In this document: positions 48,050 through 57,564 of the stretch, one piece after another
How positions within the stretch are numbered: position 1 is the first letter of the stretch
Layout of the letters: the number at the start of each line of letters is the position of its first letter
Source: Candidatus Multivoradales bacterium
GTDB lineage: Bacteria > Acidobacteriota > Thermoanaerobaculia > Multivoradales > JAHEKO01
DNA: 64,000 nucleotides
NCBI GenBank assembly: GCA_965223855.1
Contig: CBDCXM010000009.1
Coordinates: forward strand, 992,001 to 1,056,000
Reading direction: 5' to 3'
The notes under the pieces: generated by a model
What the model was told of the DNA's origin: nothing
What the model saw: only the letters and a program-made list of their open reading frames with translations
Database searches by the model: none
Position numbers and translations under genes: made by a program

Positions 48050-49297
48050 CTACCGCAGGCACGACCAGGCGCCGCGCTGGGCGAGAAAGTCCACCGCCAC
48101 CTCGACCTCGAGAATCTCGTCGGTGGCCACTCCCGGGACGGTGTAAGGCCCCTTGGTCTTGAGCGTGCCGCGCAGCCAACCGCGTATCAGGTTCTCTCCG
48201 AGGAGTGCCCCCCTGATCTCGAGACCGCCGCCCTCGGGCATCTCGAACCGGATGCTGCCACTCTCGGTCGCAAGCGGAAGGGTCGCCGTGACCGTGCCCG
48301 GCGTGACGTCGAGGTAGTTGCCGTACTGCCCGCCGTCTGCGGTCGGTATCTCGATGTTGCCCGACACCGTAAGGGTGAACGCATCGCCGAGCATCGCCTG
48401 TGCGTTCGCCAGCGTCGCTTTCGGGCCGGAACCTCCCTTGAGATCGGTGAGGCTCAGGCCGAAGTTGTCGCCGCTCGAGCCTTCGTCCGGTGAGAGTTCC
48501 TTCTCGAAGAACGCTTCGAGCTCCTTCTGCCCGGCGGTCGGCTCGCCCTCGGGGCGTTGTTCCTCCTCGCGCAGCTCTTCGAGCTGCTCCTCGTCGAGGC
48601 CGGTATCGAACCCCATCTCGTCGAGCTGGAGGAGCGCCTCGTTGATCCCGCCGACGAAGTCGCCCAGCATCTCCTGGCTGGTCGGATCGGCGATCGTGCC
48701 GACGGCAAACCCCTCCTTGACCCCCTCGTCGAAGGCGTTGAAGTAGGCGACGTCGCCATGAAAGTTGCCGTTGACGTGCCCGCGCACCGTGGCGGTCATC
48801 AGGCAGCGGTTGTCGAGCCGCTGGAGCACCACAACGAGCTCGGAGCTGGTGATCGCTTCGATCACGGCGTACCCCTCGTCCCCCGACACGTCCTCGTAGT
48901 CGAAGTCGATCCGCACGTTGCGATCGACCCGGCCTTCGTACGGCAGGATCTCCCGGTACATCCGCTCGATCGGGATCTCGTCGACCCACATCTCGATGAG
49001 CCCCGGGTAGCGCTCCATGCCCGAGTGTGCCGGCACGATCGACGCCTGGACCACCCCGGAGTCCCCCTCCCCCGCACGGGCGGCGAGCCGCAGGCAGCGA
49101 CTCCGCTCGGACTCCCACTCGCCCGAGAAGATGTGCGAGGCGGCATTGGCGGCGAGCGGAATCCGCTCGATCACCTGGTCCTCCCCGGCCGGCAGCGTGA
49201 TCTCGAGGCAACCGCCGTAGTCCACCGCCTCGACGGCGAGGGGCAGGCAGGTCAGCGTGGCGACGAGCATCAAAGTGGATCGTCGAAGTCGTGTCAT
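48050..49297 (-). CDS. secreted acidic hypothetical protein
   Basis: Signal peptide, coding-type codon bias. Confidence 0.7.
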   Translation of the reverse strand: MTRLRRSTLMLVATLTCLPLAVEAVDYGGCLEITLPAGEDQVIERIPLAANAASHIFSGEWESERSRCLRLAARAGEGDSGVVQASIVPAHSGMERYPGLIEMWVDEIPIERMYREILPYEGRVDRNVRIDFDYEDVSGDEGYAVIEAITSSELVVVLQRLDNRCLMTATVRGHVNGNFHGDVAYFNAFDEGVKEGFAVGTIADPTSQEMLGDFVGGINEALLQLDEMGFDTGLDEEQLEELREEEQRPEGEPTAGQKELEAFFEKELSPDEGSSGDNFGLSLTDLKGGSGPKATLANAQAMLGDAFTLTVSGNIEIPTADGGQYGNYLDVTPGTVTATLPLATESGSIRFEMPEGGGLEIRGALLGENLIRGWLRGTLKTKGPYTVPGVATDEILEVEVAVDFLAQRGAWSCLR

Positions 49298-49445
49298 TTC
49301 GTTCCTGTCTCCGGTTCCCGGGTTTCTGCCGACAGCAGGGGCATCCTAGCTTCCGGGTAGCTCGAGACCACAGGCCTCCGACGGCGGCCGCCTCGGAGCC
49401 CACCTCGACCGGTGTCCTTGTGAGGCCCCCCAGTCAGGCCTGGAG

Positions 49446-50786
49446 TCACGGACCGAGCGGCCGGAGAAAGCGGCTCGTCACGTGCTCTCCGATCCGGCTG
49501 CCGAGCACGTTGCCCGCCTCCGAGTCGTAGCGGAAGTGGATCCCCAGGTAGATCCGGGAGAGGGCGCACTCCATCGCCGCGGACGAGAAGTCGTCGAACG
49601 ACCGCGTCGGCGGCTCCATCGCCACCTTTCCCGAGAACGGCCCGGCAATGTCGATTTCGTTCGTCGTCATCGTGAACGCGTAGCCGGTCCCGAAGGTGTC
49701 CTCCATCGCCGCCATGGCGGCCGCGCACGCCGTGCCGTGAGCCGACGGGTAGGACGGGAAGGCGTAGGTGTGGCGATGGAGGTTGTCCCAACCTTCGTCG
49801 GGCTCGGTGCTCGGGTTGCCGTCGTTGGCGGCCCAGCGGATCGCCGTGTAGGGGCGCCAGTGGTTGTAGAGGAACTTGTTCTCGAAGACGTTGATGTAGG
49901 CGTCGTAGAGGCTCATGTTGAGCAGGGCGAAGAGCCGCGCCGCATCCCACAGGTCGAGCGACTCGGCGACGACCAGCTGCCGAGCGAGACGATTGTGGGA
50001 GTTCTCGGCGAAGTCCTTCCACCACATCGCCAGATGAGCCTGGTCCTCGGTTCGCGTCTCGCTCTCGTGGCGCCCGACGCTCTTCACCTCCTCGAAGGCC
50101 GCCGTGTATTCGGCGCTCGCGATGTCCGGCGGCGGCGGCGCGCGAAACTGTCCCGGGTTGTCGAGGGTGAACGGGCGGGCGGCGGCCCACCCGGCGCCGA
50201 AGATGAACCCCTCGGGCGTGCCGCTGTGCTCGGCGAAATCGGCATAGACACCGGGACCCATCGGGTGCCACTGATACTGCGCCTCGGCGTCCCAGCCGTC
50301 GCCGGCACGCTCGGCCAGCACACGCTGTGCGCTCGCCCTCCCGAGCGCGCGGCCGCGCTCTCGAGCCTCCCCGCTCGGGGTTGCCTGCAGCCAAGCGGCT
50401 CCCTCGGTCTCGAACCGTTCGGCGTTGTCAGGGTACTCGTGAACGGCGATGGCCGTGGCTGCGGCGACCACGGCTGCCAACGGATCGGCATCGGCGGCCG
50501 ACTCCGCGGGAAGGTCCGGCTCTCCGGAGATGTAGCTCTCGTAGCGGGGCTCGATGGCGTTGAGGGCGTCATGAACCGCCAGGTGCATCATAGTGGCGGT
50601 GCGCAGACCCTTGAGGGTGAGGAAGCCGTCTTCTGCTTCCGCGACAGCCAGCACCAGCTGGTTCCAGCCGACCAGGGGTCGGGCGTCGGGAGGAGGCGGC
50701 GCCGGTTCCTCGGGCTTCGAGCAGGCGAGCGTCGCGGCGCAGCACAGTGTCAGGAGAATGGCGATCGGTGGTTGGGCTCGGCGCAT
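49446..50786 (-). CDS. vanadium-dependent haloperoxidase / PAP2 superfamily lipoprotein
   Basis: LAC lipobox, KFLYNHWRP, FPSYPSAH, SRIYLGIHF. Confidence 0.88.
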   Translation of the reverse strand: MRRAQPPIAILLTLCCAATLACSKPEEPAPPPPDARPLVGWNQLVLAVAEAEDGFLTLKGLRTATMMHLAVHDALNAIEPRYESYISGEPDLPAESAADADPLAAVVAAATAIAVHEYPDNAERFETEGAAWLQATPSGEARERGRALGRASAQRVLAERAGDGWDAEAQYQWHPMGPGVYADFAEHSGTPEGFIFGAGWAAARPFTLDNPGQFRAPPPPDIASAEYTAAFEEVKSVGRHESETRTEDQAHLAMWWKDFAENSHNRLARQLVVAESLDLWDAARLFALLNMSLYDAYINVFENKFLYNHWRPYTAIRWAANDGNPSTEPDEGWDNLHRHTYAFPSYPSAHGTACAAAMAAMEDTFGTGYAFTMTTNEIDIAGPFSGKVAMEPPTRSFDDFSSAAMECALSRIYLGIHFRYDSEAGNVLGSRIGEHVTSRFLRPLGP

Positions 50787-50843
50787 CTCGACCTCCGGCG
50801 GAGTGAATGTGGCGACACCGTATCCGGGCGTCGCTGTCGGCGG

Positions 50844-50862
50844 AAGTACAGAAAGTGTAGTT
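50844..50862. promoter_or_regulatory. imperfect palindrome, candidate HxlR operator
   Basis: AAGTACA-GAAAG-TGTAGTT between the divergent haloperoxidase and HxlR genes. Confidence 0.45.
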
Positions 50863-50899
50863 GCCGCTCCCGTGTGCACGCTGTCAGGATGCTGAGGCG

Positions 50900-51613
50900 A
50901 TGCCCAGAGGCTACGGTCAATACTGCCCCCTGGCGCTGGCAGCGGAGCTGCTGTGCCAGCGTTGGACGCTCCTCGTCGTCAGCCGGCTCATCGACGGCTG
51001 TACCCGCTTCAACGAGATCCACCGGGGGGTGCCGCAGATGTCGCCCTCGCTGCTGTCGAAGCGCCTTTCGGAGCTGGAGAGCGCCGGTCTTCTCGAGGCG
51101 CGAAGAGTCGGTGCCGGGCACCAGTACCTGCCCACGGCAGCGAGCCTGGAGCTCGCGCCGCTGATCGACGACCTGGCGATCTGGGGCCAGAGGTGGGCGC
51201 GCGACATGGAGGAACACGATCTTGACCCCGCGTTCCTCGTCTGGAGCATGCACCTGCGCATGGACGTCGAAGCGATGCCCGCCGGGCGCACCGTCATCGA
51301 GTTCAAGTTCAGCGGTGCGCCGAAGGACCTCGAGCGCTTCTGGCTGGTCCACCGCGACGGCACGATGGAGATGTGCCTCAAAGATCCCGACCTCGACGTC
51401 GATCTTCTCGTCTCCGCCGACCTGCGCCTCTTCGTCGAGGCCTGGCGCGGCTTCAGGGATCTCGGCAAAGAGATCGGGCGGGGCCGCATCCGGCTCGACG
51501 GGCCGGAGAGGCTATGCAGGGACTTCCCGCGATGGCTGCAGCTCAGCGCTCTGGCGAGCTACCCGCGCATGCGAAGCGGGCGGGAGAGGAGGCTCTCGCG
51601 CTCGGCGCAGTGA
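50900..51613 (+). CDS. HxlR-family winged-helix regulator with C-terminal SCP2-like domain
   Basis: YGQYCPLA.AAELL..RWTLLV..RFNEI.RGVP.MS.SLLSKRL. Confidence 0.9.
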   Translation: MPRGYGQYCPLALAAELLCQRWTLLVVSRLIDGCTRFNEIHRGVPQMSPSLLSKRLSELESAGLLEARRVGAGHQYLPTAASLELAPLIDDLAIWGQRWARDMEEHDLDPAFLVWSMHLRMDVEAMPAGRTVIEFKFSGAPKDLERFWLVHRDGTMEMCLKDPDLDVDLLVSADLRLFVEAWRGFRDLGKEIGRGRIRLDGPERLCRDFPRWLQLSALASYPRMRSGRERRLSRSAQ

Positions 51614-51622
51614 AGCGCCCAG

Positions 51623-51643
51623 GTAGGTGTCACAGGAATACTG
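51623..51643 (+). repeat. 21-bp exact copy of the HUH-element end (reverse complement of 5116-5136)
   Basis: GTAGGTGTCACAGGAATACTG at both loci. Confidence 0.9.
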
Positions 51644-51840
51644 GAGTACTGCACTCGTTGAGGAGCGAAATCGGCTGACGGTCAGGCCCCATCTGGAGCT
51701 CGCTTGGGAGTAGGTGCCATCGGGGGGAACGGGTGTCCGCAACCACCGAACCCATGAAGTAGGAAGAGGCCTGGGGCCGCCGCGGCCGCTCAGAACTTCG
51801 GGGGTCTGGCGCCGTCGGATCTGCTGCGAGGTCCTGTCTG

Positions 51841-52374
51841 TCAGCTCTCGCCGCCGAAGAAGAACGAGCTGAGAGTAAGGTCCGCATCCGCCCACTCACC
51901 ATGCTCGAGGCGAAGCTCGATCGCTGTCACCCGTCGCAGCGGAGCCTGGCTTTCGAGACCCGAGATCCAACTCTTGACTTCCTCCATGTTGGGGCTCTCG
52001 AGGGTGAAGCGAGCTTCCAGCGTCGAATAAAAGTCCAGAACCGTCGGAGGGCCCATGTCCAGCACAGGTCTCGACCAGCCCAGCTGCTCAGCGAGGCGCT
52101 CGATTCGCTGGGCTTCGAACTCAGCGTCCAGCGACGGTGGAAGCCGGCTCTCGAGCTCCCGAAGATCGCGCTCGAGCCCGGCGATCGCCTGTGTCCACGA
52201 GTCTCCAGCAGCGGATGCGGCGCGCGACTCGGACAGGAGTTGCCGCATGTCGTCACGCTGCTTTCGCAACGCGCGCTCCTCGAGAGAGCGGTCATGCCCG
52301 CGCAGAGCGTCGTGTGCCACGAACACCACGATCGCCGCCAGAAGCGCGGGAACCCATCCCGAAGTCCGTTTCAT
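51841..52374 (-). CDS. PilO-like protein
   Basis: TM helix, coiled coil, LESRLPP, DFYSTL, LESQAPLRRV. Confidence 0.65.
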   Translation of the reverse strand: MKRTSGWVPALLAAIVVFVAHDALRGHDRSLEERALRKQRDDMRQLLSESRAASAAGDSWTQAIAGLERDLRELESRLPPSLDAEFEAQRIERLAEQLGWSRPVLDMGPPTVLDFYSTLEARFTLESPNMEEVKSWISGLESQAPLRRVTAIELRLEHGEWADADLTLSSFFFGGES

Positions 52375-52871
52375 CGCGACACCGGTTGCCTCGCAACAGT
52401 CACGACGAATCCGACGACATCGTCATGAAGGGAGGCGACCTCTACATCGGCCCGGTGGAGCCTTGCGAGGGACTCGAGAGCTCCGGCGATCTCTACGGCC
52501 TCGGCCGGCCCATGCGCGAAGAGGCCGATCTCCACACCTTTGTTCGAGAGCTTCACGTTTCGCAGGTCGATGTCCCGACCGGTGGCAACCGCGGCTGCGA
52601 GGACTTCCTCCATCGGCACGCTGGCGTCTGCCAGAGTCGCGGTGACGACAGCCAGATTCTCGAGGCGAGCTTTCCTCCGTTTGAAGTCCTCGACCTGTTC
52701 GGCGGCCGCGATCAGGCCCTCTTTCTCGAGGGCGGCCTTCAACTCGTAGATCTCCAGCTCAGCCGTTCGGCTGCCACGGTAGGCCTTGATCTCGAGTGCA
52801 AGCGAGACCAGAAGGCCGATCGAGCCTCCTACGATGATCGCCAGCACCCGGCGTCTAGCGAGAGGCGACAA
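52371..52871 (-). CDS. PilN-like protein
   Basis: TM helix, EQVEDFKRRKARLE coil, VEIGLFA..ALES. Confidence 0.6.
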   Translation of the reverse strand: MSPLARRRVLAIIVGGSIGLLVSLALEIKAYRGSRTAELEIYELKAALEKEGLIAAAEQVEDFKRRKARLENLAVVTATLADASVPMEEVLAAAVATGRDIDLRNVKLSNKGVEIGLFAHGPAEAVEIAGALESLARLHRADVEVASLHDDVVGFVVTVARQPVSR

Positions 52872-53646
52872 CTTGCGCCTCCCCTGGCGTGCGCTCGATC
52901 GCCGCGGCCCTTTTCAGCTGGTCGATCTCATGATTCAGAAACAGAATGGCCGCTTCGTCGAATCCGATTCCGATCGCCAGCATGATCGGACTGAAGCCGT
53001 TCTCGTTGGTGCTGCGATGCTGCGCGCCGTGCTTCGACAGGAGTTCGATCATGGGGAAGTTTCGCCGGTCGACAGCCTCCAGGAGCGGCGAAGTCCGATC
53101 GAACTCCCACTCGGGATCGACTCCGACGGTGAGGAGAAACGAGGCGCGCTTCAGATCGCCGGCTTCGACGGCGCCAAGCAACGCAGCTCTGCCGATCGGC
53201 GGCGAGTAGACGAGGAAGAGGCCGATGGCCGCGGCGAGAAACGCCCACATGACGAGCCTGCGCCGAACCGGAGAAGAGCGCAGGCCCTGCACCACGGCGA
53301 CCGCGCTTGCCAGAAGCAGCGGCAGAGTGGCGGGCGTCAGGTGCTCCGGACTGAAGTTGAGAGCGATTGCCAGGACCGGTGCGGCCGGAAGGAGCCAGTC
53401 CGCGCCTCCCCGGCGCTCAGCGACAGCCCTCCGACCAAGCCAGAAGAGAAGTGGCGCCGAGAGGCCGGCCAGCAGGCCGCTGGCCAGGAGCTTTGCAGCA
53501 CCGGAAACTCCCTCCTGCAGCCTCGGCCAGGCGACTTCCGCGGCAAGGTAGAAGCCCAGGACGCTCAGCGGGAGAGCGCTTGCACCCAGCACCCAGTGGA
53601 CCTGTCTCCAGACCGGGGAGTCTCTGAGTCTTGTCGAGAAACGCAC
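52855..53646 (-). CDS. multi-TM membrane protein with C-terminal ankyrin repeats
   Basis: About 5 TMs then ALLGAVEAGD..GVDP, SPLLEAV..LLSKHGA, GFSPIMLA; likely GTG start at 53646. Confidence 0.7.
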   Translation of the reverse strand: MRFSTRLRDSPVWRQVHWVLGASALPLSVLGFYLAAEVAWPRLQEGVSGAAKLLASGLLAGLSAPLLFWLGRRAVAERRGGADWLLPAAPVLAIALNFSPEHLTPATLPLLLASAVAVVQGLRSSPVRRRLVMWAFLAAAIGLFLVYSPPIGRAALLGAVEAGDLKRASFLLTVGVDPEWEFDRTSPLLEAVDRRNFPMIELLSKHGAQHRSTNENGFSPIMLAIGIGFDEAAILFLNHEIDQLKRAAAIERTPGEAQVVASR

Positions 53647-53856
53647 GGTGACCTCAGCTGCCCAGGGGCTCCGGTGCTCGTCCACTGCAGCTGGCGACTC
53701 GGTCCAGACCAGGAGTGTCTGCTGCCGCAGGCATAGATGGGAGAGATCGATGGTAGCAAGGGGAGTTCGAGAGACCGGGCCCTCGAGGGACCAGCCGTAG
53801 CCGGTTGCTGCCGCTACGCTTGCATCGGGCCAACGCCGGAGCGAGGATGGCCTGGG

Positions 53857-54285
53857 ATGACCGACTTCCACCTCGACCGCTTCCACCAGATGCCGCTCGC
53901 CGGGGCGGCGATGACCCCCTTCCCCCACTTCGTCAGTCCCGACGACCCGGTGGATCTGGTGGAGGAGCTCATGAGCCGCTACGACATCCGGCACATCCCG
54001 GTCCACGACGGCGGCGAGCCCGTCGGCGTGATCTCCGAGCGCGAGCTGGCCGGTTGCGGTGCGGGCGCGACCGCCGAAGACGTCATGGCGACCCATCCCT
54101 GCGTCGTCGGCATCGGAGCGCCGCTCAACGAAGTCCTGCGCGAGATGGCCGACCGCCGCAGCGGCGCCGCCCTCGTCGTCCGCAAGGGCAAGCTTGCCGG
54201 CATCCTGTCGGTCACTGACGCCTGCAGGATCCTCGCGGAGGTGCTCGAGGACCGGTATCCGGGTGACGGCGACGATGCGGCCTAG
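53857..54285 (+). CDS. CBS-domain protein
   Basis: AMTPFP..IRHIPV..VGVISEREL; GKLAGILSVTD. Confidence 0.88.
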   Translation: MTDFHLDRFHQMPLAGAAMTPFPHFVSPDDPVDLVEELMSRYDIRHIPVHDGGEPVGVISERELAGCGAGATAEDVMATHPCVVGIGAPLNEVLREMADRRSGAALVVRKGKLAGILSVTDACRILAEVLEDRYPGDGDDAA

Positions 54286-54319
54286 CAAGATGGGCGGGGT
54301 GAGGACTGCTGCCCGGCCG

Positions 54320-55441
54320 CTACGGTACCGACGTGGACCAGGCCGAGGTGTCGCCCGACTCGAAGCCGTCGGCGAAGATCGAGAGCAGCACCTCGAAGGC
54401 GTTGTCACTGATCACACCTGTCACGTAGACGTTCCCTGAGCTTCCGGGGACGATCCCTGCCGGGCCGTCGAGCGGGTGAACGCCATCGCCGGAGCTGTCG
54501 ATCAACAACTGGACCTCGCCCGAGGCCCTGATCCGGAAGGCGTTGTCGCTCGCGGTACCGGTGACGTAGACGTTGCCAGAGTGATCCGCCTCGACTGCCT
54601 GAGGCCAGGTCAGCATGTTGCCGGTCCCGTCCCCCGAACTATCGATGATCTGAGTGGCAACGCCGGCCGGCGACACCTTGAAGACGTTGGCGCTGAAGAA
54701 CCCGGTGACGTAGGCGTTGTCGGCGGCATCGACGGCGATGCCGAACGGCGTGTCGAGCGGATGGCTACCGTCTCCCGTCGCGTCGATGATCTCGCTCACG
54801 ATGCCGGCTGGTGTGACTCTGAAGGCGTTGGAGCTGCTGAAGCCCGCGACGTAGACGTTGCCGGTAGGGCCGACGGCGATGCCGTAGGCGTCGTCGAGCT
54901 CGTTGCCGGCGCCATCGCCCGAAGCGTCGATTATCTGGATGATGGCTCCGCCCGGCTCGATCCTGAAGGCGTTGTCGCTGCCGAACCCGCTGACGTAGAC
55001 GTTCCCCGCGGCGTCGACGTCGACGTCCTGAGGATTGGTGAGGGGGTGAGTGCCGTCCCCGGTCGGATCGATCACGACGCTGATCGCTCCCCCCGGCGCG
55101 ATTCTGAAGACGTTGTGACTCGACAGGCCCGCAACATAGACGTTGCCGGCCAGGTCCACCGCGACAGCCGTCGCCTGGTCTAGCGGCTGGCCTGCGCCGT
55201 CGCCGGTCGAGTCGATGATCTGAGAGACCACTCCGGCGGGCGTGATCCTGAACGCGTTGTCGCTTTCTCCCCCGGTGACGAACACGTTGCCTGAGCCGTC
55301 CACGGCAACTCCGAAGGGCGAGTCGAGGGCCGCCGAGCCGTCGCCGGAGGCGTCGATGATCTGGCTAGAAGGCGGTTGGGCGACCGCCGAGATCGCCGGC
55401 AGGAGTGTGACGAGAAGTACGGAACTCATTCGCAGACGCAC
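54320..55441 (-). CDS. secreted SBBP/NHL repeat beta-propeller with C-terminal IFADGFESGD tag
   Basis: Seven ~47-aa repeats QIIDxxGDG..LD.P.G.AVD..GNVYV.G..S.N.FRI; terminal SIFADGFESGDTSAWSTSVP. Confidence 0.88.
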   Translation of the reverse strand: MRLRMSSVLLVTLLPAISAVAQPPSSQIIDASGDGSAALDSPFGVAVDGSGNVFVTGGESDNAFRITPAGVVSQIIDSTGDGAGQPLDQATAVAVDLAGNVYVAGLSSHNVFRIAPGGAISVVIDPTGDGTHPLTNPQDVDVDAAGNVYVSGFGSDNAFRIEPGGAIIQIIDASGDGAGNELDDAYGIAVGPTGNVYVAGFSSSNAFRVTPAGIVSEIIDATGDGSHPLDTPFGIAVDAADNAYVTGFFSANVFKVSPAGVATQIIDSSGDGTGNMLTWPQAVEADHSGNVYVTGTASDNAFRIRASGEVQLLIDSSGDGVHPLDGPAGIVPGSSGNVYVTGVISDNAFEVLLSIFADGFESGDTSAWSTSVP

Positions 55442-55489
55442 GGTGCCTCCAATCAGGAAGTGAACGTCGAGAGGGCAGCCGGGCCGGTG

Positions 55490-56242
55490 TCAGTCGTCCA
55501 GGGACAACTCGTTCTTGCCTCCGCGGTCGCCGGCTCCGGTGAGCGCGCCGTTGACGAAGCGAATCGTGAGCGCTTCGCCAGGCTGCTGCACCTTCGCCCT
55601 CCAGAAGCCCACCTTCACACCGGAATCGGTGCGCAGCGTCCAGACCTCGACCTGGTCGCCGTTCTCCTCGAACTTCTCGAATCTCTCGGGGCTCCCGACG
55701 ACGTAGAAGGCCTGGCGCTTGTTCATGCCGTCGACCAGCTCTCTGCGCGCAATCGCGCTGCGGATGCTCTCAGGCCAGTCCGGGTGCTCGTCCTGAAGCG
55801 GGCGGGTCGCGAAGGTCTTGTCGAACGCCGCGCGGAAGTCGTCGAACGAGCCGATCTCGATGAACTTGACGACGGTATGTCCGCCTCTCGAGCTGTCGAG
55901 CTCGATCTCGCACTCGGCGTCCTCGCAGTCCATCTCGTCGAGCGTGACCTCGTCGTTGACCCGCACGCTCAACTGAGTCGACCCCATGTGGTAGAAGCCC
56001 GCGTTGAAGCCCATCTCACCTTCCTCCGATCCTCTCGGTGAGACCTCGACGACGGGTGAGTAATAGACCCCGAAAGGATGGCGCCCCGTCTCGCAGGGCG
56101 CGTCGATTCGCATGTAGAGCGGCCCGTTCTTCAGAAGCTGCTTGGCCCGTTTTCGATCGCTCTTGGAGAGCGCCTCTGCGACGGAGGGAATCAGAAGGGC
56201 GAGAGCGACGAGGGCTACGGTGGACTTTTCAATGTGGCGCAT
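55490..56242 (-). CDS. secreted hypothetical protein with SmpA/BamE-like C-terminal module
   Basis: Signal peptide; GMNKRQAFYVVGSPE..VEVW. Confidence 0.7.
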   Translation of the reverse strand: MRHIEKSTVALVALALLIPSVAEALSKSDRKRAKQLLKNGPLYMRIDAPCETGRHPFGVYYSPVVEVSPRGSEEGEMGFNAGFYHMGSTQLSVRVNDEVTLDEMDCEDAECEIELDSSRGGHTVVKFIEIGSFDDFRAAFDKTFATRPLQDEHPDWPESIRSAIARRELVDGMNKRQAFYVVGSPERFEKFEENGDQVEVWTLRTDSGVKVGFWRAKVQQPGEALTIRFVNGALTGAGDRGGKNELSLDD

Positions 56243-56284
56243 TGGAGAGTTCCCCTATCTGGTTTCTTGGCGTTGAGGGGCGTC

Positions 56285-56800
56285 TCAGTCCCCGCCCAGG
56301 GAGAGGGCGGCACAGACGGAGATGTGGCTCAGGCCGGTTGCGTAGCGCGCCTCGGCCTTGAGAGCCGGGCCGAAGCTGAAGCCGGCCACGCCGATGACCC
56401 CCGAAGAGGAGATCCCCAGGCTGGCAGAAGCGTCCGACAGACTGACGTCGTAGATGTAGGGACCTCCACCGAAATACCATCCCGAAGTGGACCCTTCGTT
56501 GAGCCAGTAGCGAACCTCGGCGCCGAGCGCGAGCACATCGATCTCGATCGGCAGGAACAGAAGGGGGTCGATCTCGGTCGAGTAGTAGAAGACGCTCGGG
56601 TAGAGCCTGAGTCCGTCATGGAGCTCACCCAGATCGACGGCGGCGCCGAAGCCGTAGGTCGAGTCGCCCAGATCCGGTTCGACCATGCCGGCGCGAAGCT
56701 CGAATCCTCGGAAGCCGAGGTCAGCAGCCTCGGAAGGCCAGCAGGTCAGCAGCCCCATGAGCAGGACTGCCGCTCGAACTGCAGGTGTGGGTCGTTTCAT
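56285..56800 (-). CDS. outer-membrane beta-barrel protein
   Basis: Signal peptide, alternating amphipathic strands, AEVRYW, AEARY. Confidence 0.7.
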   Translation of the reverse strand: MKRPTPAVRAAVLLMGLLTCWPSEAADLGFRGFELRAGMVEPDLGDSTYGFGAAVDLGELHDGLRLYPSVFYYSTEIDPLLFLPIEIDVLALGAEVRYWLNEGSTSGWYFGGGPYIYDVSLSDASASLGISSSGVIGVAGFSFGPALKAEARYATGLSHISVCAALSLGGD

Positions 56801-56934
56801 TTCGGTCTCCCTCGTTCCTGGTACTCGATGAGTGGATCGGTTGCCCGTTTCACCCCTCTAAGCGACAACGCGGGCGATAGGGTCCGACCGGGTCCACTCA
56901 GTCCGACTGCGGCCCGCGACGCCCGTCTACCGAC

Positions 56935-57456
56935 TCAGTTCGAGCGGAAGGTCGCGATCCGGAACCTCCCGCCGTTCGAAACCGGCTCCGCCCCTTCCAA
57001 CTCGATCAGCTGCACCTGGGTGCCGTCGATCCGGGAGACCCGCAGCGTCCCGACCCAGCCGTAGCCCAGGATGTTGCCGTCGCTCACGCCTCCCTGGTGT
57101 TCCACGGCGACGATCTCGAGGGCGTGCTCCCCGCTTCTGAGCGCGGAGTGGACCGTGGTCAGGATGCAGGTTCGACAGCCGCCGGTGGCCCGGCGATCGG
57201 AGGTGAGGATCCGCTCGCCGTCGAGTTCGAGCCCGAGGACGAGGGCTCTCGCATTGTCGAAGCCGCCGATCACGGACACGCGGAGTGAGACAGAAAGAAC
57301 ACCCGCGGGAGGTTCGGCCGGGTTGCTGTCCGAGCAGGCGGCCAGCAGGAGCAGCGCGCTCGAAAGGAGCAACACAGGTGTGAAGAGCCGGGACGAAGAT
57401 GCGTGCCGGTTCCGAGCGACGAGAAGGGGTGACGGCGGATGCGTGTGTCGATTCAT
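56935..57456 (-). CDS. hypothetical lipoprotein
   Basis: LLLLAAC lipobox; divergent from the ECF sigma gene. Confidence 0.6.
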   Translation of the reverse strand: MNRHTHPPSPLLVARNRHASSSRLFTPVLLLSSALLLLAACSDSNPAEPPAGVLSVSLRVSVIGGFDNARALVLGLELDGERILTSDRRATGGCRTCILTTVHSALRSGEHALEIVAVEHQGGVSDGNILGYGWVGTLRVSRIDGTQVQLIELEGAEPVSNGGRFRIATFRSN

Positions 57457-57564
57457 GTCTACAATGGCGCAGGATGAGACCGATCGGTCCGAAGAGCATC
57501 GGCGGCGCCGGGCTCCGCCGTGGCCTTGCGTCGGCAGGCTCTGCGACGGCATCAGGGGGGCGAA

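Noticed and set aside
52855-54408. 517-aa ORF from the track
   Set aside because: Its N-terminal half is antisense to the CBS gene; the likely start is 53646
54400-55380. Regularly spaced DNA repeats suggesting a CRISPR-like array
   Set aside because: They are in-frame ~47-aa SBBP/NHL protein repeats with synonymous variation; no spacers or cas genes
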